DNA from: an uncultured Candidatus Peribacteria bacterium
GTDB taxonomy: Bacteria > Patescibacteriota > Gracilibacteria > BD1-5 > UBA6164
Reading direction: 5' to 3'
Assembly: GCA_964449635.1 (NCBI GenBank)
Contig: CAYUZH010000004.1
Coordinates: forward strand, 1 to 27,083
DNA: 27,083 bases
The notes under the pieces are model-generated. The model searched no databases, was not told where the DNA came from, and was given only the letters and a program-made list of their open reading frames with translations. Position numbers and translations under genes: made by a program. This document shows positions 10,870-20,234 of this stretch, one piece after another. Positions within the stretch are counted from its first letter, which is position 1, and every line of letters starts with the position of its first letter.

Positions 10870-11553
10870 ATGAAACTTCTTTTTTTGATTCCTCCTTCTG
10901 AAGGAAAATCTGCGGGCGGAAATCTCCCATCAGAATCGCTCTCTTATGATTTTAAGAAACCTTTGAAAGAGATACACCATCTTTCTGAGAAAGATTTAAA
11001 ATGTAAATGAAAAAGGTACAATGAAGCTTTAGAACTCAATAAAAATATATTTTCTTGACCATTTATGCAGGCCATCGAACGCTATAACGGAGAGATGTTT
11101 AAAGCGATAGATTATAAAACCCTCTCAGAAGAAGGAAAACGCTTTTTTGAAGAAAGTATTCTCATTGTATCTTCTATGTATGGTCTTGTAAAACCACTCA
11201 ACTATATCGGAAACTATAAACTCCCGATAGAAGCAAAAGGATGTATCAAATTTTGGCAACCGATTATAACAAAAACTCTTAGCCAAGTTGATAGTGATAT
11301 AATCATAAGTTTTCTCCCTGAAAGCTATCTGAAAGTAATTGATATCAAAAAACTCAAGAAACCTTTTATCAAAGTCAATTTTCTTACTTTAAAAAATGGA
11401 AAAGAAATGAAAATGGCACATGGGAGTAAAAAAGTAAAGGGAGAATACATACGAAATATTTGCGAAAAACAACTTTCTGATTTTAATACCTTTTGAGGGA
11501 AAATATCCCAAGAAAACTCCATAACCAGTGTCAACTTTTATGAAAATACCTAA
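10870..11553 (+). CDS. yaaA: YaaA/DUF328 peroxide-stress DNA-binding protein, 227 aa
   Basis: LIPPSEGK, AIERYNGEMFKAID, SSMYGLVKPLNYIGNYKL, SKKVKGEYIR. Confidence 0.88.
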
Positions 11554-13255
11554 ACTCCTTAAAAAGAAAGAAAAAGAAGAAAAAGATAACACAAAACACC
11601 AGAATATCCCTCTCTTTTTTCTTTCTTTTTTTGATACCTGTTCTAATATAAAAATATTTCCTTGCCGCAGAGCTCTCTACTATCCAGCTTTTTTCCTTGC
11701 GTTTTATTGTATTCTGCTCGTTTTCGCAAAAGAAATAGAATGAGTCCTTACTTTCCCTATCGTTCTTTCAAAAAGTGAGGAAATCGCTGGAATTACTCCT
11801 CCAAGACTTTGAGGAGAACATTTTTTGATACAAACAAAAAACAATACTCAAATTCATGGAGTATTTTTGGATAATAAAGCAAAAAAAACTATTTTTTACT
11901 TTCATGGAAATGGAGCTCCTCTTCCCTATTTCATAACTGATTTAGAATTTTTTAGTGATCTTTGATACAATGTTATGAGTTTTGACTATCCTTGATATGG
12001 GAAGAGTACATGATTTCCTTATGAATCAGAAGTATACAACTCTATGAATGAATTTTATAGATATGTAAAAAAAGAAAAAAATCTTAAAGACGAAGATATT
12101 ATTGCTGTATGATATAGTGTCGGAAGTGCTCCTGCTATTGAATTTGCGAACAAGAGAAGTATCGCTGGCATTATACTTATCGCTCCATTTACTTCTCGAT
12201 ATGATTTGAGTTTTGCTGTTTATGGTTGGTATGTTCAAAAAGCTTTTTTTCTCCCTGATTCTTTTATAAATAGTACAAAAATCCAGTCTATAACAGCACC
12301 TCTTCTTTTTATCCATGGAAACGAAGATACTATTATCCCGATTAAGTTTTCAAAAGAACTTTATAGAACTTCACAAAACAACGCTTCTTTCATAGAAATT
12401 GATAACGAAGGACACAATAATATCCTTGATAACTATAAAAAAACTCTTTCCATTGCTCTTTCAACTTTTATAGAGAATAAAAAACTCGCCCAAACTTTCT
12501 ATTTTATTAACAAAAAAGATGAAGAATTTTTTAAAGAAAACTCTTTAAATACAACAGGAAGTTGAGAACATATTATTGAGAAAAAAAATATATTCGAAAC
12601 AACAGAAGTAAGTAGTAATGAAACAAATCAAATTATTTTACCAAAAACGGATTTTAAACTTCCTGATGGATACGTAAACTCTTTTGATCTCGATTCAGAT
12701 TCTTCCTATACAAAATTTGTAAATAACTATATAAGTTATAGTAACTCAAGTTATGTACCAAATAACCTTGTAGCCATAGAATCTGACTATATTTATAGTC
12801 AAAAAGGAAGTGCCTTTTTAAGAGAAGAAGCAAAAGAGGCTCTCGAAAATATGTGACGTGATTTTTACAATACTTTTGGAACAAAAATTTGAATAGCGAG
12901 TTCTTATCGTAGTTATGAGTATCAAAAAGGGATTAAAGATCGTTGATGTTCTGACTCACTTTGTGCAAACCCTGGGCATTCTGAGCATCAAGCAGGGCTT
13001 GCTATCGATGTTTTTGAAGCAACAAGTGAAAATGAATTTTTAAAAAAATCTGATTTAAAAAACTATTTCTGGTGGATGAAAAGAAATGCTCATAAATACT
13101 GATATCATAATACCTACCAAAAATGAACAAAAGTAGATGGTTACATGAAAGAACCTTGGCACTGGAGATATATTTGAATAGAACTTGCCACTTTTTTACA
13201 CGATAACAATATCACTTTTGCAGAATATTATAGTGCGATTCATGATATGAAATAA
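11540..13255 (+). CDS. membrane-anchored alpha/beta-hydrolase fused to an M15B (VanY-like) D-Ala-D-Ala carboxypeptidase, 571 aa
   Basis: One frame with no TAA/TAG. FHGNG, FDYP(G)YGKS, (G)YSVG, IHGNEDTIIP, GHNN are followed by ASSYRSYEYQ, PGHSEHQAGLAID and EPWHWRYI(G). Confidence 0.9.
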
Positions 13256-13256
13256 T

Positions 13257-13289
13257 AAAATAGCTCCGAGGATTTCTTGGAGCTATTTT
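13257..13289. terminator. bidirectional intrinsic terminator
   Basis: AAAATAGCTCCGAG-GATTT-CTTGGAGCTATTTT between convergent genes. Confidence 0.8.
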
Positions 13290-13513
13290 ATTTCAGATTG
13301 TTTTCTTATTTCTTCTTCTTTTATTTCTCTTTCAACTTCATCCTCAATTTCTTTTTGAGTCATAATTTGAGTCAACATAGATTTTCTTTTCTTTTTTTCT
13401 CTTTCTGAGAAAATATACGACTTCGTTGCAAATACAAAAGGAACTATATAAAAGATAGCTATTATTATACTAAAAACTAGCAAAAGAAATATTGATTTTC
13501 ATAGTATTCACAT
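13283..13513 (-). CDS. small membrane protein with a charged coiled-coil tail, 76 aa
   Basis: M(G)IL(G)KSIFLLLVFSIIIAIFYIVPFVFA...EIEDEVEREIKEEE; the ATG at 13513 is reached only through TGA codons. Confidence 0.7.
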
Positions 13514-13584
13514 TCACAAAAACGGAGTAAGATGTCAAAGTATTTGCGAAGTATTTGCATACGTAAATTGAATTCAAAACATAT

Positions 13585-14580
13585 TTATTTTTGAGGAACT
13601 AATTTTGCATTTACAACTAGTCTTTTTAAAGTTGTTCCTATTGGCCAACAAGTCATAACAGAAAGCTCTGCTTCTTTACTCTCTTTCTTTAAAACAGAAA
13701 CATCTCCTGGAGTAATGGTTGTTTTTCCTTGAACTTCATATACAAATTTCTTTTGTTTGTAGTATACGATGATTTGGTCTCCATTTTCCAAGTGATCAAG
13801 AAGAGCAAATACATCATTATATTCTCACGGAACCCATGGGAAATTTGACGAATGTCAAAAGATAAAGGCATTTCATTGATCTCATGGTTTTGCACTTCCA
13901 GGATAACGAATGACTCATTTTTCCAAATCTTTCATAAATATATCCTCAAGTTCACTGTGACCAGAGACGACTTGTTGTTTAATATCAAGAAGTGGAATAT
14001 TTTTTCAAATTTTTGGTATAATGATTCTATTTTCATACGGAGTAATATCAATATCAAGAGAAACATCTTCTTCATTTGATTTTGCAAGAAGTTGATTAAT
14101 AGAATGTTGATTTCCTGATTTTGTTTCAAGTTCTTGAGCTTTTTTTTGATACTCTCCATCACTGAGAGAAAGGCTTCCAGCTTCTACTGAAGAGATAATA
14201 CTTTCTTTACTTTTTTCAAGAGAACCTGAGAATACATAGCTTTGTATAAGAGAGAAATAGGCACTATAGTTTGATGTTACAAGAAGAACAACAAAAATGA
14301 GAGATGAAGTTGTCACATATCTCACAAGAAAGAAAAATCAGAGAAATATTTTAGATACTGGCTTTTTTTCTTCTCTATGATGTTTCTTTTTCTTATCTGA
14401 AATAAGTAGTTCACATTCCGTTTTTGCTTGTTCAAGGGTCGTATCAAATCAAAGAAGTATTTCTGCTGTATGATCAATAGAATCTATTGATTTCAAAGGT
14501 TCTTCTTTTCTGAAACTTTCTTCTACTTCTATGACAAAACTATTTAAGATATCTTCAAAATTATCATTATTTTTTTTCAT
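13585..14580 (-). CDS. sortase, 331 aa
   Basis: ORF fragments 14005-14325 and 13585-13791 join in frame; IIIPKI(G), AFIFGHSSNFPW (His), LSVMTCWPIGTTLKRLVV (Cys, Arg); single TM anchor. Confidence 0.92.
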
Positions 14581-14737
14581 GGGAATTTGGTTTTTATTTT
14601 TATTTTTCTTTGTATCTCTATCGTACCATACTTTTTTTTATTTTTCAAAAAATGGAAAGAAAGAATTTGTAATTCCTTTTTTTTTGCGTATATTACCTCT
14701 AAATTAAGCACAAATTGTTATTTTCTATATTTATGTT

Positions 14738-15190
14738 ATGGCTAAGAGGTATGAAAAAAGCTCTTGAGGAATCGTCTACAGAAAGAAGTGATGAAAAATT
14801 GAAATTCTTCTTCTTAAATGGACAAATTCAAAAGGAGAAGAAGAGCTTGTGATTCCAAAGTGACACATAGAGGATGGTGAGATTGCAAAAGAGACAGCGG
14901 TAAGAGAAATCAGTGAAGAAACCGGACTTCTTCCAAAAGATTTAGAGATTATAAAATTTATGACAAAACTCAGTTATACGTTTACAGCCTGACATTTAGA
15001 AAATTCTCCTGTGATAGACAAAGATGTATATCTTTTTCTCGTAAAATATAATGGTACACTCGAACCAATCGTAAGAAAAGAAGAACGTTTTACCTGATAC
15101 ATTTGGCTTGATATAAATGAAGTAAAAAGTATCGATGTAAAATTCGATCTTATAGGACTTGTCTGAAAAAATAAAGTTTACTTTATATAA
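14738..15190 (+). CDS. Nudix hydrolase, 150 aa
   Basis: Complete Nudix box PK(G)HIEDGEIAKETAVREISEETGL; KSS(G)GIVYR N-terminus as in Ap4A-hydrolase-like members. Confidence 0.92.
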
Positions 15191-15207
15191 TAATTTTTCT
15201 TCGCACT

Positions 15208-15675
15208 ATGTTAGATATAACTTCAAAATGAAATACGCTTACAATAAGTACAAAAGATAAAAAAGAAATCTCGTTTAATCCTTCTTCATCAACTGTTCTC
15301 CTTGATAGTCTTGATGTTAGTTTTCCATGAGAGTATGAAAAATCAGATATTCTTCTTGAGGTGAAAGAATTTGAATCAAAACATATTTATAAATTTCATA
15401 TTGAATGATATGTTCTTGTTATTCTCCCAGCAGAAGGATTTGAAAAAGTTGAAAATATTCTTCCTTTTTTCTGAGATGTTGATATTTTGATTATTCTAGG
15501 GACAAAAAATGCGGTAAAACTCTATGAAAATATAGAAGCTAAAATTGTTATTCCATACGGTGAAGAAAAAGCTCTCTTTTTAAATACATTATGACAACAT
15601 AAAGAGGAGGTGGACACTTACCGTATAAAGTGAGAAATAGCAGGAGATACAACAGAATTCATCCATCTTAAATAA
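15208..15675 (+). CDS. degenerate MBL-fold-like protein, 155 aa
   Basis: FP(G)EYEK, (G)DVDILII and IEAKIVIPY resemble the CPR Lactamase_B_3-like family; no HxHxDH motif is visible. Confidence 0.55.
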
Positions 15676-15743
15676 ACTCTTTTTTGATTTGATTTAAATG
15701 ATAAACTTATTACTATTTCCACTATATTTAACTTCATACATTT

Positions 15744-16185
15744 ATGGACGGAATCCAAGGAATCATCATAAAAATTGAGGAATTAAAACAGCTAAAAAAA
15801 TTTGACGACGCCGTCGCCATTATACAATCAAGTATTTCCAAATATAGCGAGGATTACAGACTTTATGAAGAACTTGCTGATATTTATCTTTACAGATGAG
15901 AATTTGATAAAGCCTTAAAAGCCGTTAATTTTTCGCTTTGTATTAATCCAAAATCTGCTACTGGAAACTACTTGAAATAATTCTGAAGTTCTTCGTAATC
16001 TTGGATGGGCATATACCCTGACTGAACAAGAGGAACGCTGAATCGCTATGCTGAAAAGAGCTCTCAATATATCTCCCGAAGATGATCTTATTACTGAGGA
16101 TCTCGCAATGGCTCTTATTGGATCTGGAGAAATTACAGAAGGAAACCTTCTTTTAAAAAAAATCTGAAAAAAATCTAAAATCTAG
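15744..16185 (+). pseudogene. TPR protein interrupted by a frameshift and apparent internal deletion
   Basis: Frame from ATG 15744 stops at TAA 15978-15980 inside a TPR repeat; TPR sequence NNSEVLRNLGWAYTL...KRALNISPED resumes in the +1 frame from 15976 to TAG 16185. Confidence 0.7.
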
Positions 16186-16187
16186 GT

Positions 16188-17384
16188 ATGAATTTTACTA
16201 TCAGAGAATTATATAACAAGAAATTTAGTATCCTTGATATATGATCATATAAAATACGTAGTCTCACAGGGAAACTTGAAATCGATGATATAGAAATCAT
16301 ATGATATGCTGAAAAACGCCAAGAAGAAGAAGCCTTTTTATCAGGAGAAATTGAGAACATAAAAGAACTCAGCGACAATATTGCCACCTGTCTTAAAAAA
16401 TCTGAAAAATGAAACTTTGCGGAGGATATTATCGTAAATACACTCTCCCCCCATTGTTTTCTCTATTCAAATCATCTTAATCATATACGTAAAAATAGTA
16501 ATTCTCCTATAACAGAAGAAGAAATATTTGAGATTTTAAAAGACTTTGAATACCGTTGTTTTAAAGAAGCTTTTATTGATATAGAGTTGAAAAACTGATA
16601 TAAAAAAGAGGAATTAAAAGTCGTGTTCTCAAGCATTTTATGAGTAAAAATCGAAGGGAAAAAAGTATCAAATCTGTTTGGAAAAACAGGTAAAAATATC
16701 AAAATATCATTTGTAAATATTTTTATCCCTCTCCACTATTACAGTATAACAAAAGATATTCTTCTCGCCCATGGAAGAAAGTCCTTCATTACTATTCCTT
16801 TTGAATACTCTATTCTCAGATACTTTCCTGAGGAAAGTGTCGTTCTTATTAATATAGGAAACACGAAAACATATATTGGTATAAAAAACTCAGACGAAAT
16901 TATCTGAACCACTCGAATCAATATTGGTATTCACGATTTGGTGAAAAAGATAAAGGAACGTTCTCCACAAATTCCACTCTTTCAAATTATTCAGTCCCTT
17001 GACTCAAGTGCATGGGAAAATGAGAAAACTGAGTTTATGGAAATATTTCATTTTTGTATTATTGAATGAATCAAGGAACTCCTTCAAAAAGAAACGTGCC
17101 CTCATAAATTTTTCTTTTTTTGATGAGGATGAAATAATGAATTCATAAAAAAGAGCTTCGAAAAACTTGATCCATATAGATTCCAACTTAAAATCGTAAA
17201 ATCTATAGAAAGTATAGACCTTCCTGAATTTTGAAAATCTGACTGACAAAGCTTTCTCAAAAATATTTCAAATATTGACCTTCTCGCTACTATCCTCACG
17301 TACGAAGAAAGAGAAGAAAAGAAAAATGATATTCTCAGTAATCAACTTTGAAAAATCATTGAAGAAATTGAAGAGATGAACTAA
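16188..17384 (+). CDS. divergent FtsA-like actin-fold protein, 398 aa
   Basis: ILDI(G)SYKIRS (phosphate 1), LINIGNTKTYIG (phosphate 2), FFF(G)(G)G(G)N (adenosine motif). Confidence 0.65.
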
Positions 17385-17388
17385 ATTT

Positions 17389-17418
17389 AAAAAATACTCC
17401 GTTAGTGGAGTATTTTTT
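17389..17418. terminator. bidirectional intrinsic terminator
   Basis: AAAAAATACTCC-GTTAGT-GGAGTATTTTTT. Confidence 0.85.
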
Positions 17419-18152
17419 TAAAGGACCATTGTTTTTTCTTGTTGTGCCTCAATTTGATTCATAAAGAAATCTTCCACTGATCAATCTATATCTTTCACTT
17501 TCTCAGAGTTCACAATAATTCTTCCATTATAAATAATACTTATTTTATTACAAATACTCTCAACATCAGAGAGAATATGTGTATTAAAAAATATAGTCGT
17601 TCCGTTTTCTCTCAGTTCAACAAGCAAATCCTTTACCATTTTGCGCCCGATAGGATCAAGTCCACTCATTGGCTCATCTAAAAAAAGAAGTTTTGGATTA
17701 TTTATAATAGATTGTGCGAGTCATACTCTTTGAAGCATTCATTTAGAGTATTCACTCAAATATTTATCTCATGCTTTCTCAAGTCCTATTTTCTTTAAAA
17801 GTTTTTCTATTCTATTTTCTAACTCTTCTTTGTCAGATAGAAAAAAATTTCCATTAAAGCGAAGGAATTCTCTTCCTGTGAGATGTTTATAAAGGTAGGT
17901 ATTCTCTGGCATAAATCAAATATTCTTTCGGGCTTCTTTTGTGAGTCATACCTCTCAAAATATACGAATATCTCCCGATTCTGGAGTCAGAAGATCAAGG
18001 ATACATTTCATTGTTGTCGTTTTTCCTGCTCCATTTGGTCATAGAAATCCGTACATATCTCATTCTTTTACATCAAAAGAAACATCAAAAAGAATCTGTT
18101 TTTTTGAAAGACTTTTGTTTACTTTATTGAGTTCAAGTATTTTCATTCTCAT
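17418..18152 (-). CDS. ABC transporter ATP-binding protein, about 244 aa (start 18152 or 18146)
   Basis: L(G)PNGAGKTT, signature YSK(G)MLQRV(G)LAQ, LLFLDEPMSGLDP, FNTHIL. Confidence 0.95.
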
Positions 18153-18300
18153 TGCTAATAATTGTATAAAAAAATCGTCAAAAAGTGTACCCATAACAAA
18201 GTATTTGTAAAGAAAATTCAAAAAATTTTATCTATTTATTTTTTACAATTATCTTTTTCACTATATAATGCAGCAAAGTTTTAGGGTAATCTACTATAAA

Positions 18301-19056
18301 ATGTCAGAAAATACACAAAAAGAGACGGAAGAAATTATTGAAGGAAACAATACTACAAAGAGCCAAGAATGATGAAATAGTCTTTTAAAAGAGTTTATTG
18401 CTCTTCTCAAAGACCTCATTGTTATCATAGGAATCGTTCTTTTTATACGAACCTTTATCATGCTTCCTTTTCAAATCAAAGGACCTTCTATGCTTGATAG
18501 TTACTACGATAGAGAGTTTATAATTGTTGATAGGTTTTCTTACCTTACAGTTCCTTTTATAAAAGATTGAACTCCTTCAAGATGAGATGTTGTTGTTTTT
18601 AAACCACATATTAGTAAAGACAAAGAATACTTTATTAAAAGAATCATCTGACTCCCTGGAGATACCATAAAAATTGAAGGATGAAATGTTTTTCTTCTCA
18701 ATAAAGAAACTAAGAAATATGTCATCCTTGATGAAGGATATCTTTCAAAAACAAACTCATGACAAACATATATTTCATGACTTGATGATACTCATATTTA
18801 TGAAGTACCTGAAGACGAATATTTTGTAATGTGAGATAATAGACTTGCTTCTACTGATAGTAGAACCTGTTTCTCAAGTTGTATGATAGAATGAAGAAAA
18901 AATTATGTCCCTGAAAATTCAATTATTTGAAAAGTATGGCTCGATTTATGATACTTCAATATACGTAAATTCAATTTTATTCACCCAGAACTTTGAGTTG
19001 ATACGACTCCAAAGTTTCTTTCTTCTCCAAAAAATTATCAATATAACTTGGATTAA
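18301..19056 (+). CDS. lepB: signal peptidase I, 251 aa
   Basis: TM helix, PFQIKGPSM (Ser), R(G)DVVVF, YFIKRII(G)LPGD (Lys), FVM(G)DNRLASTDSR. Confidence 0.96.
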
Positions 19057-19929
19057 TTGAATCACTTTTACCTCATAGATAAGCCTCTTTGAATAACAAG
19101 CTTTGACGTTATTCGAAAACTCAAAAAAGTTCTTGGCACTTCAAAAATCTGACATGCATGAACTCTTGACCCTCTTGCAAGTGGGCTTTTACTCATAGCG
19201 ACGTGAGAATATACAAAACTTCTTGGGTCAATTATTCTTCATGATAAAGAATATGAGTTTACGATTTTTCTCGATGGAGAAAGTGATTCATATGATACTG
19301 GAACTCCTCTCCGATATATATCTGAAGAAAAACAAAAAGAAGCAGCAAAACAAATAACACTTTCAGATATTCATTCTCTTATTTCCTCGTCTTTCACAGG
19401 GAAAATAATGCAAATCCCTCCAAAGTATTCTGCTCTTAAGATAGATGGGGAGAAAGCTCTTTTTAAGGCAAAAGCGGGAGAAGAATTTGAGATTACAGCA
19501 AGAGAAGTAGAAGTTTTTTCTTTTGATATTATTGACTTTTCATATCCCAAACTCGTTTGTAAAGCGCATGTAAGTTCTGGAACGTATATACGTAGTTTTG
19601 CTTACGATATAGGAAAAAAGCTCTGAACTGGTGGGTATATCGGTACTCTCCGAAGAACAAAACTTTGAAATATATCAGTCCAATCCTCTCAAATACTTGA
19701 AACATTTTCTCCTGAAAAATATACTGATCCAAGAGATATTTTTTCAATTGAGTCATTTATAGAGGTATCCGAAGATATTATAGAGCGCCTTCAACTTGGA
19801 CAACGTATAAAAATAGAGAGTTCTTTCAAACAAAATATTCCCCTTTTTATAACAAAGAATCATTCTATTATTCTTGTCTGCAATTATGATGGTAATATCC
19901 TCTCTCCTGTGAGAAAATTACACACATAA
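19057..19929 (+). CDS. truB: tRNA pseudouridine(55) synthase, 290 aa, TTG start
   Basis: IDKPL(G)ITSFDV, KI(G)HA(G)TLDPLASG, QIPPKYSALKIDG, VSSGTYIRS, LRRT. Confidence 0.95.
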
Positions 19930-19948
19930 AAAGATTTTTAAAAAAGAT

Positions 19949-19976
19949 TTGATATTTGTAAAATTATTTATAAAAT
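19949..19976 (+). promoter_or_regulatory. putative sigma70 promoter of tRNA-Lys
   Basis: TTGATA 19949-19954 and TAAAAT 19971-19976 (16-nt spacer), about 30 nt before the tRNA. Confidence 0.45.
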
Positions 19977-20006
19977 GCGAGGGCTTTAAAAAAGTAAAAC
20001 ATCTAT

Positions 20007-20082
20007 GGGATAGTAGCTCAGCCGGTAGAGCAGGGCCCTTTTAAGGCCAAGGTCGTGGGTTCGAATCCCGCCTGTCCCACCA
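20007..20082 (+). tRNA. tRNA-Lys(TTT), CCA encoded
   Basis: Cloverleaf: GGGATAG/CTGTCCC acceptor, GCTC/GAGC D-stem, loop CT-TTT-AA, GTGGG-TTCGAAT-CCCGC T-arm, A73-CCA; 76 nt. Confidence 0.96.
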
Positions 20083-20097
20083 TGTAAAATTTAAAAA

Positions 20098-20130
20098 ACT
20101 CTCTTTGTTGCGAAAGAGAGTCTTTTTTTT
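20098..20130 (+). terminator. terminator after tRNA-Lys
   Basis: ACTCTCTTT-6 nt-AAAGAGAGT followed by C and a T-run. Confidence 0.8.
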
Positions 20131-20234
20131 GGAGAATTTAAAAATATCGAGCCTACTTTCAAAAAAGTTTTTATTTGACTTTTAATATTTTTTAATTTAA
20201 ATATATTAAAATATTTCATTAGTTATTTAATTAA

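Noticed and set aside
18301-19929. LepB-TruB fusion protein
   Set aside because: The two are separated by TAA, a true stop in this code, and the domains would need opposite sides of the membrane.
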